The position numbers were made by a program, and so were the translations under genes. A stretch of DNA of 64,000 nucleotides from a virus (Duplodnaviria; Caudoviricetes): positions 5,139 through 69,138 of IMG/VR virus record IMGVR_UViG_3300016643_000312, one strand, 5' to 3'. Positions 32,401-38,197 of this stretch are shown piece after piece; positions within the stretch are counted from its first letter, which is position 1, and every line of letters begins with the position of its first letter. The notes under the pieces were generated by a model that saw only the letters and a list, made by a program, of their open reading frames with translations, searched no databases and had not been told where the DNA came from.

Positions 32401-32486
32401 CCACCAGGGCAGCCAAGCGGCAAATGGCCTCCGAGCTGATTGACAGCGGAATCAACCCCTTTGATGGGACTTTACTGACAAAATAA
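20448..32486 (+). CDS. Giant (4012 aa) polyvalent DNA ejection protein: SLOG-like, Macro-like, ASCH-like, HEXXH peptidase and LPD38-like regions
   Basis: Single 12-kb ORF; Gly/Ala hydrophobic N-terminal helices; HEVAH; C-terminal PF..I.SN, GAGPKDP, SFLQGLSSL, NVLGEPV motifs. Confidence 0.8.
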   Translation: MTLSELLRKPRFLAEDPDKQEEVIDTYVEAARQRALANNGLGGDPRKYFQAVAEADQAKAQLGLTKDTRSWFDKATDSFVEGLDTAADSMTALQAVSGILPPDKAAEQIAANALERSQRPQARSMMKFQKAGDKGWAAPLINLFSNPEAAALITAQGLGTSVPGIATGSAAAGAASLLKAGPIVRALSVSGAVGGSSALVEGGAQILEDLQAEAGGDLQNTEALTQALSNPEVLAKLRDRATKRGIGVGAFDAASVLIPSERILKTAKGLKGLAARGAINTVLQGGLGGAGEVAGNVAIGEKTNPSDFWAEVVGEVLPGMVELGIAGRGDLTPQTDQALKEKLGQNQARVFATPTVDAAPVLRKKRPGDFSPPAVSMAKAQEVVSSAEATPQAAPQTATPGKPPVAGQPAQPVTQEVKPVKNPPTELGKTADEIEKELPEEERKSPFIIHTSGVGTSSEVNTLAKKYNLTVQPTLNTQDTEAMVAGDLERADAVLVIGNDESLRNDPGQMQQRRAAIKKPGTKGTVIEGRDPSRILLNVLDFLRANPKAKNFAVAMPQSTAINVTGEQKQKTISTAGLIVDQIFDFISQLNPDPAKRDYDDLERQIREYSGLNKAELADPKQTAANVIPGYPYAANSEAARELAGEFEGPGNENNILVYQTGSKPQVGVGELAKILGAQPGQIGLAGRTYALPFFTKQKQPSKKKLSREGEESGLDIKKTQDELKKFLEFAKANPTKKFLFTPSAYTGNFTQLEERQLWGGLTNIPSNVRPMADTFANALARGTMASQNAGRVVSWDTQRAGKRGRNSAQILNLDKVEESQNRPLAPQPGMDPEQAKREQTLADVSARLTRAQRIRGIGARVGEQKGSIPILKGVVISEDHYKRYLRPAATQVKRKQERRAIGTPEEQGTPYRPKQDAGGITEAFPFPFRVFGRSKTAGGDMVLLVRNIRRIGDEVSTEEAEQVAQYRKGSLDYLKGMGSKPRYLVEFRYLHQVPQENISRSIPPKYTFRRTEATNRSEALNAGDLDAPIQTMEEISEGQEETQVTFGAQGNKTEWGDDPIGLEELQKNLNFTVWSGFSNEQKKKFLSSIDTIPTLSAEDKKKIVDKLKLFEKQKKLKGTKTGFFRPPPYLKLKFDAQAKPYVEFLQEPATAGEPSRKPVAMNYPMPPEAVRPELRAKYPKGTTTLKLVQNGDRKATTRRPFAKVGDEIRFEDDPTVYEVTEVRVPNLTTPEGRLEWEESEGWSLDFIDRSPKLRQQVYSPDAVQTVFRKVIRRGGIAIPYVDFDQMVSDILEENELPVSALIEREVPLFRRMTADELGQVRLGLKLAREVVGSLKPGDRLNRKQAKMLRPFLDLVGRHVELQNIVREAYQGSVEGWGLNTPRNYVKLMAARLIGNPNLTTLVPSGNSVPVGITEAAEPDPVKRSQDGGEPENLVPDKAVFTSDDKLVLLDGNNETLQTLDFSFRHKDIANTTRTNVVSQEALVTPGLSIVRADLEAEGKWRNLSPEEQTDLSWIEQGPKAGYRFKFLEDIRKTLSEGYPVGIADADSIAFVKAYKSIFEYEETPDGLIVFSISINKKTHSVDIPVPGVAGDFSRIFYRILKPFFQVQEDEFNRGVEFGRSPKTLELARDESAETFDFRNRPETTIMQSTEESYAGSEPVGSTVPATTASGQPTLSVFSELERSEEQLENQTPETELGNFEQDEKERISQSLRSLRQHLLVKPEIAAAIRRADPDSRYVKMLVLPQVMYLARGRTEPSPNLDYPSGSALITGIVDPVNGERLGMMGHTIGRSPEEISREDETGNLIRQAFAGRQEAGRFVKFSDEVDSGRILRAWNAVLRALSADPKALFVLEETSSEVEGQILNGLERVTSYDIFDGRIHFTGVYDQANNRWIGQLPYGARRFTPEEIGAMPRDQVVANAKLINEWLRERGAEVDTIGVDDPNLADTELKSKLQLLQVVAKSYLEGMFPDFRANEKSFVPALQTLEEQKSDLLLNYTTTEGFQSRLNDALDPVEQQALPVLLDHAVRVFDTGIVYKYGRKKAGIYKSVSGRPRERAIIHFRQNTSISEQDAHNLIDRLTITSEGSFKEPGQEVGGARLFRRIFLDAVLKTREKGITGKIADNINALLETYAVALDNNDQDLFSEPAKPHNLLYGTVMRLVENSFQLQDKKTNVRFLGLIDRIKRIHGSLKLPAAPISITVTTSDAGSMDLSDLSMQEQAMLYMGEDLQSVEEVERALSEGVFEDTTMVDSFMEDSEKVKYRRRADQFIREMSEERNALPFVQRMIHDVVMRTKFGIKATQYDSANTRSNSHLDYVFSKVRSEAANNFLNGAELKKAVDLINDFPSTYSDPKVLAAFAEQRYEAILQKLDKFVYQGDSSARSAVQLLEGFKQDDKTNQAYVAGLKREAARLDLGITEKRDKARKKEQEVQETERKRMRLTDLEKQFAGAVALRARDAKRFEDSMAEVLNGARTSTLRMIAESVLDDMQKFSDIPTNLHGKIYDEIFSPQTRTGDSAAGELEQSEQRQRLYEVITKALMPFYSTFPMSGRGFQTKINYSFDATNERAIFSISKDISLRQEPVSADFEPLLDALRRINQPYKTTARTRQASQVLQERLAEVRAFNVQYRDRAGYTVDNRLLNLTGKQKEAFDRLRHRATEKGLNGVHFAFGTNSRHPVYTVFNTGMATPTRMDSTIFVNPNLLAEKMALDVFDVAYQPTEVVDAQTGEITYRMDLNREVGAEARRRYSDLADQLAANYLSHEVAHLAYMNQTRRDYAALWNGNPPEDGFARYYRERTDEFAAFLKDPENGLKIKQPGRPPITVVEAVGNLYELYGGSGAVNNDTLVAEFLRMMMEIEKSGGTIITEITEETRREMSGVTGITRFIEFMRSVLDSLYSLFQGLRNSRDPRAAELYATYNKVSSLYDKYFSAFMESNLPDGTPLIEPGSRIVPVFGAGYVRPKTRSEAIDSRLVGSLGLDPEEAQTYNTRGLDTTIAKLRETGVADIIDELASELTPLELTQLLSSDDNLNPDEEKPADLRGRNIGNLTELDRYAVITLAITKLKNMGQVHKAREIARAVSTKIRGMGQTISIIGRLAKTLFYEDPAYILTEYSGRIAEGRKLIGERVKPQMDELMGAVKSIQAAAIGSVLGEQGVKTLINTINRLYGQELLRVGANNIEAILRDHYTNFNGESLLAVLSRILPNRSLDDRTLESLTEQVEENMRIQMANRMGFGGRTVGGKILGRTDNVNVDLKEERIQQILEKMVRVAKPPMIKSGSSIENAIAGDAKMILELAIKGALDRDQVLGVIQSIGKFPSFNLETARVLRELAEEAKSLPPDSFMRGRVLQKALGVLQNATQPTSSLYGGLASAYWYMSMLSGPATFMVNFVSTAFKAIMDMTSYAFAAGVARRDLGLSMRLLGLSFKTFLRSIHTIALAEAKGILLKGDLNPRTAGKYITEETINALESMETDALWKKTLSLGKYVFRVMSASDALFGRAAMESYAHVQAHLKAIEQVEQGLTPYTVEQEAARLIAQTEVEQADYVQKASGEGLEPGSADFLKRVYELRDQALRMDPERSAIIRRAEELSLYATYNNEPYGVLGFIGKQIGQFNRKYPLGVTIVPFTKIVSNVTNESMNYTPIIGPWRAFKELKESGFKLNERAPGFPTTQAELERISKIERGYQLGMQSILGTALMAMIGVAAAQALRSKEDGEDDELGFNVTGAGPKDPAQLRQAREGGWTNYSFSLGGNTNFRVNYLATPLAIPFAVIGTWSDSARFPRGDDEKSMYETLTSAGLAVIQVPFNQSFLQGLSSLFSIVDGRFEGEDQKALEKLVSSSFGNLVPNIARQIEQVFAPVAPTQTSTMGRLLYNKIPLLRQATGQPTLNVLGEPVNAPNGAERLFFLQRFVNSVKADPLFKLLMEKNIFIPDVKAGTKVGALPLDDAQRYRFREIRGQMLARTMRTERFYQFAQRAAQAQLEKYVEDLAGQATRAAKRQMASELIDSGINPFDGTLLTK

Positions 32487-32498
32487 AACCAATAAGAT
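32473..32498 (+). promoter_or_regulatory. TAYTGAC-N13-TA motif
   Basis: TACTGACA AAATAAAACCAA TAAGAT, before the RBS AGGAG and GTG 32511. Confidence 0.65.
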
Positions 32499-32510
32499 AA
32501 GGAGAACATC

Positions 32511-32969
32511 GTGGAAAAAAGCAATGCAGCCAAACTGATCGGCGTCACCGAGCTAGGCAAAATGTTGCCACCCCCGGCCCCGCCTTCACGGTTAGCAGTG
32601 CAAAAGGAAATGGACCGGATGGAAACCGAGCGGCAAAACCTGAATGCCATGGAAAAAATAGCCCCTAATCCCCTGTACGAAGAGAAATCTAAGGACAAAA
32701 AACTCCCGAAAAAAGATAAAAAATCCCTGAAGACAGGGATGTTAAATGATTTGTTCAAGGATTTGTCAAAAGAGGACATTGAAAAACTTATCACCGCATT
32801 TGCTGAAAGCGGCGCGGATCCCAAGACCAAGGCCATCCAAGACATGGTGCAAGGGGGGCAGGCGGCCGATAACATTTTTGATAGATATGCCAACAATCTG
32901 GCCCTGCCGAGTTTCGAAAGCTATCAAACACCCACCCCTTACAGGTTTCCAGGCTTCTTTAACGGTTGA
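32511..32969 (+). CDS. Hypothetical protein
   Basis: GTG start with AAGGAG RBS. Confidence 0.7.
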   Translation: MEKSNAAKLIGVTELGKMLPPPAPPSRLAVQKEMDRMETERQNLNAMEKIAPNPLYEEKSKDKKLPKKDKKSLKTGMLNDLFKDLSKEDIEKLITAFAESGADPKTKAIQDMVQGGQAADNIFDRYANNLALPSFESYQTPTPYRFPGFFNG

Positions 32970-32972
32970 CCC

Positions 32973-33233
32973 ATGCCCCTTGGGAAAAAAGCCTCCATGC
33001 CCTGCAACGTGCCGCGCAAAAGCACGCGGCCCGGCAAAAAGAAAATGGTCAAGGCCTGCGCCAACGGCAAAGAACGCCTCGTCCACTTCGGGGACAGCTC
33101 GATGAAGGACTACACCCAGCACGGCAGCAAGAAGCGGCGCAAGAGTTACTGCGCCCGGAGCGGCGGGATCAAGGGTGGGGACGGCAAGCTGTCGGCCAAT
33201 TACTGGGCACGCAAGGTGCTTTGGAGCTGTTAA
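32973..33233 (+). CDS. Small basic Cys-containing protein (aquatic-phage family)
   Basis: KACANGKERLVHFGDSSMKDYTQH...RRKSYCAR...SANYWA. Confidence 0.75.
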   Translation: MPLGKKASMPCNVPRKSTRPGKKKMVKACANGKERLVHFGDSSMKDYTQHGSKKRRKSYCARSGGIKGGDGKLSANYWARKVLWSC

Positions 33234-33234
33234 T

Positions 33235-33426
33235 ATGCCACTAGGAAGACGTTCTACTGAAAATATTTTTGACGAGGATACCGGTGCGCCTTTGTGGCAA
33301 GACACGGATTCTAAAACGGCAACAAGCGTACGATCCAATTGGCCGAAGAACGCTAAGCGAAAAATGAAGGGTTGGAAAAAGAAGCCTAACGGCGAATGGG
33401 ACGTGACGTATTACATAAAAAAATAA
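33235..33426 (+). CDS. Small basic protein
   Basis: Start reassigned to ATG 33235 (MPLGRR...). Confidence 0.6.
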   Translation: MPLGRRSTENIFDEDTGAPLWQDTDSKTATSVRSNWPKNAKRKMKGWKKKPNGEWDVTYYIKK

Positions 33427-33428
33427 CT

Positions 33429-33494
33429 ATGGCCCTGGGAAAACCCTCAACCCCAAGGGGTCATTATGACCACGGAGCCCATTTATGGCATTAG
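33429..33494 (+). CDS. 21-aa mini-ORF MALGKPSTPRGHYDHGAHLWH
   Basis: Starts 2 nt after the upstream stop, fills the gap, same N-terminal motif as its neighbours. Confidence 0.4.
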   Translation: MALGKPSTPRGHYDHGAHLWH

Positions 33495-33631
33495 GTAAGA
33501 AAAAGTCCGGCGCCAAGGACGCCTGCTACCACAAGGTCAAGGCCCGCTACAAGGTCTGGCCATCGGCGTACGCCAGTGGCGCACTGGTCAAATGCCGCAA
33601 GGCCGGGGCAAAGAACTGGGGCAACGGATAA
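33485..33631 (+). CDS. 48-aa basic protein (cyanophage-like KDACYHKVK family)
   Basis: MALGKKKSGAKDACYHKVKARYKVWPSAYASGALVKCRKAGAKNWGNG; below the ORF-track cutoff. Confidence 0.75.
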   Translation: MALGKKKSGAKDACYHKVKARYKVWPSAYASGALVKCRKAGAKNWGNG

Positions 33632-33635
33632 AGTT

Positions 33636-33872
33636 ATGGGTTTCGAACTTGAAAAGAAGTACGGCCTTCACGGATGGTACAAGCGCAACAAGGGTAAGGG
33701 CTGGATCAACTGCAAAACCGGAGGGCCTTGTGGCCGCAAGTCAGCCGACGCCGGAGGAAGCTACCCGGCCTGCCGCCCGACCAAGGCAATGTGCAACTCG
33801 GCCGCCCGCAAAAAGAAAAGTTCCGAGCGGATCAGTTGGGGGCGCAAGGGTTTGGGTAAGGCAAGATCGTGA
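33636..33872 (+). CDS. Small basic Cys-containing protein
   Basis: GLHGWY...GWINCKTGGPCGRKS...YPACRPT. Confidence 0.7.
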   Translation: MGFELEKKYGLHGWYKRNKGKGWINCKTGGPCGRKSADAGGSYPACRPTKAMCNSAARKKKSSERISWGRKGLGKARS

Positions 33873-33907
33873 CTATCATCAAACGCAAACCCCTGCCGTG
33901 CAACAAG

Positions 33908-33933
33908 TATTGACTAGTAAAAGGAAATAGATA
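33908..33933 (+). promoter_or_regulatory. TAYTGAC-N13-TA motif
   Basis: TATTGACT AGTAAAAGGAAA TAGATA, before ATG 33949. Confidence 0.65.
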
Positions 33934-33948
33934 AAAAGGAATAAAACC

Positions 33949-35268
33949 ATGGCCGCAACCGATCGAGTCCAAAAGATACTTGAGTGGGCAAAAAGCACCG
34001 GAAACCCAAACCTTGCCCGGTGGGAAGACATGTTGAACAGGGGTCTAATAAAGGATGTAGAAAAAGAATTGCCCGCTGGGTGGGCCAGCAAGCAAACCAA
34101 AACGGGGAGCGGTTCCGCGAAGCCAAAAAAAGAAACGCCTGTAGAAACGCCGCCCGAAAAAAAACCAAAAAAAGAGCCGGCTCAAAAAAAGCTTCAGCCC
34201 AAACCTGAAGCGGAAGCCAAAGCCGACGCCAAACCCGATGCGGCTAAACCAAAGGCCGAGGTTAAACCAGCAGACGCTAAGCCGGAAGCAGAAGCCAAAC
34301 CCAAGGCTGAACCTAAATCAGACGCACCTAAAAAACAAAAAGCCCCGAAGGGCAAAGTAAACGTTTTTGGGTACGAGGAATTTAAAGACAAGGCCCAGGC
34401 AATGGAAAAAGCCAAGGCCAACAAGTCAAGTGGGGGCGTAATCCAAAGAGTCAAGCAAGCATACAATGAGCTTCCAAGATCCCCGGGGGAACCCATACGA
34501 AAAGGATTGGGCAAGGCGGCCGGAGTAGCCGGCAAAACCATGGGGGCCTTGGGACTTGTCGAGCCTGGCGTGGCCGCATACGACGCGTATCAAAAGGATT
34601 TCAAGGACCCCGAAGCCAACCGCAAAGCCAGACGGGCAGCCGCGGTGTATGCCGGACAAGCTATGGGTTCCACCGCCGGGGGAGCAATCGGTGGTACGGT
34701 AACATCCCCAACCATTGCGGGTGTTCCAGTCGGGGTGGCGGCAGGCGCAACCGCAGGTGGCTACACGGGCGGATCGTTGGCCGGGGGAGTTTACGACATG
34801 ATCGACCCACCGCCGGCAGTTGAAAAGCTTGAAGCCAAGACGCCGGAGCCCGTCGCAACTGGACGGGACTGGCAGCCGGGCGAGCTGGACGAATTGTTCA
34901 ACAACCAGGCCGAGGACGAACTTCAGCAAATGCAGAAGGAGCAAATCGACCAAGCGCCGAAAACCCCTGAACAGACCATGGAAAAAGAAAGGCAGGCGGC
35001 CACCGCTGCGGAAACGTCTTCCGCCTCTATGGGCCCCTCTTCTCCTCCTGCATGGTTTAATCGTCAGCCTGATTCTGGCTTGAATGAAATCCTTAATCCC
35101 CCCGACCCCGATGATAACTTCAACCGTTTGCTTCGCATGCAGGACAACGCCCGCAATAACCCCGCGATCCTGGCCCGTAAAAAAAGAATTATGGGGGCGG
35201 GGCTTGAGATGGCAGAGACGGGTACCTTCCGTGTCCGGAGACCAGATCGCTATACAATCGTGGTCTAG
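33949..35268 (+). CDS. Putative internal virion/membrane protein with a K/P/E/A-rich linker and glycine zipper
   Basis: KPEAEAK-type repeats, GSTAGGAIGG...GVAAGATAGGYTGG. Confidence 0.65.
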   Translation: MAATDRVQKILEWAKSTGNPNLARWEDMLNRGLIKDVEKELPAGWASKQTKTGSGSAKPKKETPVETPPEKKPKKEPAQKKLQPKPEAEAKADAKPDAAKPKAEVKPADAKPEAEAKPKAEPKSDAPKKQKAPKGKVNVFGYEEFKDKAQAMEKAKANKSSGGVIQRVKQAYNELPRSPGEPIRKGLGKAAGVAGKTMGALGLVEPGVAAYDAYQKDFKDPEANRKARRAAAVYAGQAMGSTAGGAIGGTVTSPTIAGVPVGVAAGATAGGYTGGSLAGGVYDMIDPPPAVEKLEAKTPEPVATGRDWQPGELDELFNNQAEDELQQMQKEQIDQAPKTPEQTMEKERQAATAAETSSASMGPSSPPAWFNRQPDSGLNEILNPPDPDDNFNRLLRMQDNARNNPAILARKKRIMGAGLEMAETGTFRVRRPDRYTIVV

Positions 35269-35302
35269 GTGAACCGAACACGGAAGGCCCCATTGGCAGC
35301 AA

Positions 35303-35890
35303 TCAGTTAAACGGACAGGGGGGTTCCGGATAGTCTTCCGGTTTAGCCCGAACCGCTGGGCAAGGCCCCTTGAGCCTCACCCAAGTATCAATGAAGTCGG
35401 CGCTTCCTGCTTCGTATTGGTGTACCAAGTCTTGTGTGTAGCCAACTTCAATAAGTGCCTGGTTTAAGTCAGACATAAAATTAGGTTCAAACTTTTTCAT
35501 GCGGTTAAAGAATTTATTAATCTGACTGAACCCAAGCAAAGCTTGCAGCTTTTCATCATGAAGCGCTGACAGCACAGCAGTTTCCACACACATGATATGC
35601 ATCATCAAGCCAGCCACAGCCACACAAATACCGCGTGGTTCGACAGCGCAGTGATCATGCTCAAGCTCACACATGTGAGGCAGCACTTTGTCTTCGTTTT
35701 CTAAATAATACTTGGACAATTCTTCCCAAGTCAGTTTGTAAGTCTTGGCATTTTTAAACTTTAGTTTGTCTTTTTCGCCATTTGGAACCGTGACTTGGAG
35801 GCGAGTGTAGGCTGCAAGATTGTCAGCCATTAACTGATCTCTTTTGCTGAAACCATTCTCAATCGCTTTCCAATTCAATCGGTCAGTCAT
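35303..35890 (-). CDS. Orphan hypothetical protein, AT-rich
   Basis: 195-aa ORF coupled to the upstream gene (ATGA overlap); last gene of the leftward operon. Confidence 0.65.
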   Translation of the reverse strand: MTDRLNWKAIENGFSKRDQLMADNLAAYTRLQVTVPNGEKDKLKFKNAKTYKLTWEELSKYYLENEDKVLPHMCELEHDHCAVEPRGICVAVAGLMMHIMCVETAVLSALHDEKLQALLGFSQINKFFNRMKKFEPNFMSDLNQALIEVGYTQDLVHQYEAGSADFIDTWVRLKGPCPAVRAKPEDYPEPPCPFN

Positions 35891-36531
35891 TCCAATATTT
35901 TACTCCAGTATCTTGTGGATTTGTAACCCTGAAGCTTGTTCCACCATATCTCACGGGCCACGAAGGGCCTGACTTTATAGTCCGAAGCCAGGGTGATCCA
36001 CTGGTTTTCCATGGTTTTGTATTGTTTGTCGGTGACCTGCCGGGTCTTGAGGGCATGGATACCCCGCAAAACCAAACGGTCAAGGCAGACCACAAAGCAT
36101 TTCCAGTTAAGCATGCCGATGACAAAAGATGCCTTGGCCAACCCCAACCCGGGGACGGTTGCGGCAATGCGGTCTCGGTATGCCTGGCAATCCTCGTGAG
36201 CCTGCCTGACAAAGAGGTGATACTTGTGCCAGTACAGCTGGGCCAAGGCCTGGATATCCCGGGCCTTGTTCTGCCACATGCCGGTCCTGGCATTGTACAG
36301 ACGGCGCTCCAGCTCTGCCCGGTTGTCGATCCAATCCTCGTGGTTGCCGGCAGCCACCATGCATTTGACGTTGTCCTCCCAGCCCATGTTGGCGGCAAAG
36401 ACCCCGAACATCCAAAACCGGAACTCCCGTTTCCGGTCGCCATTGGGCTGGATGTCTTCCCAGTATTTCTGAAAGTTGTCGAGGTCGGATTGTTTTAGGT
36501 TGTGGTAAAGATCCCGGATGGAGGCGGTCAT
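35887..36531 (-). CDS. HhH-GPD DNA glycosylase-like protein (atypical lysine position)
   Basis: VPGLGLAKASF...VCLDRLVLR aligns by eye to OGG2-type GIGYKEASH...AILDRHILR; start at ATG 36531. Confidence 0.7.
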   Translation of the reverse strand: MTASIRDLYHNLKQSDLDNFQKYWEDIQPNGDRKREFRFWMFGVFAANMGWEDNVKCMVAAGNHEDWIDNRAELERRLYNARTGMWQNKARDIQALAQLYWHKYHLFVRQAHEDCQAYRDRIAATVPGLGLAKASFVIGMLNWKCFVVCLDRLVLRGIHALKTRQVTDKQYKTMENQWITLASDYKVRPFVAREIWWNKLQGYKSTRYWSKILE

Positions 36532-36740
36532 GTCAGGAGAAGTTCCCGGGTATGCCCCACCTGCCATGGATGGTAAGTGATCTGGGGTTTAATCTCATGA
36601 AACCTTTGCAGGTCCTCGTTGACCGCCTCCAGTTCGGTGTAGCCACGGATCCGGTCGGTTCTGATTCCCTCGGCCTCATCGATCCAAGTGTCGTCGATGG
36701 AGAGCCAAAGATTGCGGTTGTCCTTGATTGCATATGTCAT
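36528..36740 (-). CDS. Hypothetical protein
   Basis: ATG 36740; stop overlaps the next ATG. Confidence 0.55.
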   Translation of the reverse strand: MTYAIKDNRNLWLSIDDTWIDEAEGIRTDRIRGYTELEAVNEDLQRFHEIKPQITYHPWQVGHTRELLLT

Positions 36741-36756
36741 GGGTTTTTTTTCTTTC

Positions 36757-36969
36757 TTACGTGATGATGGCATGGTGGTTGGTAATACTTATGTGTTTGG
36801 CATCACCCCACACCACGGCCTTGGGTTGGGTTTTGCGTTCCCTGTCCTGTAGAATGACGCTGGTTGTGAAATGCCGGATAGGCACGCACTGGCCCTTGTA
36901 ATGCAGGGTCCACCAGTTTTCCCGCTTTTGGCGGGATAAAGGTTTGTTGTAGTGAAAAAAGAATCTCAT
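36757..36969 (-). CDS. Hypothetical phage protein (FFFHYNKP family)
   Basis: MRFFFHYNKP...WTLHYKGQC...RKTQPKAVVWG. Confidence 0.65.
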   Translation of the reverse strand: MRFFFHYNKPLSRQKRENWWTLHYKGQCVPIRHFTTSVILQDRERKTQPKAVVWGDAKHISITNHHAIIT

Positions 36970-37541
36970 GCTCTTCCGCTCATTTCTTTCCAGACCAGGA
37001 GGTCCGCCTGGGCTGGAGTGCAATGCGGATAGGCCAGGGGAGAGTGGTATAGCCACGCCCGCTCCAGCCTTTCATAAACCGCTTTGTCCTGCGGCGTGGT
37101 GCGTGGAACTTTGTACACGCCTCGCGCTTTGAGGAACTTCAGAATGTGGGTATCCAACACAGCCAGGTAGGCATTGGGCCTGGTATGCAGGACAAAGAAC
37201 CTGGAGGTCTTGGGCCCGACGCCATAGATGGCATCGAGCTCGTCGACCGTCACCTTGAACAAGTCAAGGTCCAGGCTTTCCATCAGTGCCTGGGCAATAC
37301 GTTCGTATTGCCCGGTCTTTGCCTCTTTCAGGGCTTCCCTTAACCCATAAGGGCCAAGGTCCCGGAAGTAGTCAAAGGGTTTACGATGGCGGTTTTTTCC
37401 CAGAAGGTTGGCTACCTTCTTGCTTTGTACATCGGCGTTCTTGCCGGCCGTAATGATGCAAAAGGTCCAGAAGGATTGAAGCTGGGCCTCATCCCTTTGG
37501 TAGTTTGTGACGTTCTTGGGGTCGATGATGGCAACACTCAA
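36966..37541 (-). CDS. HhH-GPD DNA glycosylase/AP lyase-like protein (canonical K and D)
   Basis: IYGVGPKTSRFF...AVLDTHILKFL. Confidence 0.8.
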   Translation of the reverse strand: MSVAIIDPKNVTNYQRDEAQLQSFWTFCIITAGKNADVQSKKVANLLGKNRHRKPFDYFRDLGPYGLREALKEAKTGQYERIAQALMESLDLDLFKVTVDELDAIYGVGPKTSRFFVLHTRPNAYLAVLDTHILKFLKARGVYKVPRTTPQDKAVYERLERAWLYHSPLAYPHCTPAQADLLVWKEMSGRA

Positions 37542-38197
37542 GCAGCCTCCTTGGTTTCATGGTTGAGTTTGTAGGTGATGACTTCGACCGAACGGTCCCA
37601 ACACTTGCGGCAATCAAGACACTTGTTGCCTTGCTCGTGGGCCGGACAACTCCAGTCCTGACGGACTGACATGGCGGTTTGCACGCCAAGCCGGCGGCTC
37701 AAAGCCAGGGGCAATGGGCCGTCAATCATGTAGGCGGACAGCCGGATGCATAGGTTGTCGGGGATCACCCCGCCTTGTTTGATAAAGTCGGAGACAATCC
37801 CGTATTCCTTGGTGGGCAGGTAGTGCTTGACGTTGGGCGTCTGCTCACAGACCTGACAGATTTTTGTCAGTAATTCCACCGACTGAAGGTCGCCGGAATC
37901 AAACCAACGGAACACGTCCCCGCCTTTCCGCTTGCTCCTGAAGTTGATCATGAACGCCATCAGGTTGCTCCAATCCACCCGGCTGGAGGCAAGCAGCCGC
38001 TTGGTGTGGGCGGCCTGCACGTTCTTTTGTTTGTAGTGGCCACGATCCGCGTAGCAAAGTTTGCACACGGCATTGGCCACGTTGACCAGCTTGCGACCGA
38101 CGTTGCACCAGGCGGTCGAGATTCCCCAGCCCCATCCCGGCATCTTGCTGGGATGGGACAGGGAACCGACCAAAGACTCCGCCATGGTCATGGTCAT
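37538..38197 (-). CDS. Gp88-like Fe-S (radical-SAM-related) protein
   Basis: SKMPG, C-x13-CxxCYA, FRWFDSGD, LPTKE, NLCIRLS, C-terminal CPA..QGNKCLDCRKCW. Confidence 0.75.
   Translation of the reverse strand: MTMTMAESLVGSLSHPSKMPGWGWGISTAWCNVGRKLVNVANAVCKLCYADRGHYKQKNVQAAHTKRLLASSRVDWSNLMAFMINFRSKRKGGDVFRWFDSGDLQSVELLTKICQVCEQTPNVKHYLPTKEYGIVSDFIKQGGVIPDNLCIRLSAYMIDGPLPLALSRRLGVQTAMSVRQDWSCPAHEQGNKCLDCRKCWDRSVEVITYKLNHETKEAA

Noticed and set aside
20448-32486. Giant protein as a virion RNA polymerase (N4- or crAss-like)
   Set aside because: I found no DxDGD/DFDID double-psi motif and no T7-type polymerase motifs; DFDQ near 24290 lacks the context. A structure search is needed to exclude it fully.
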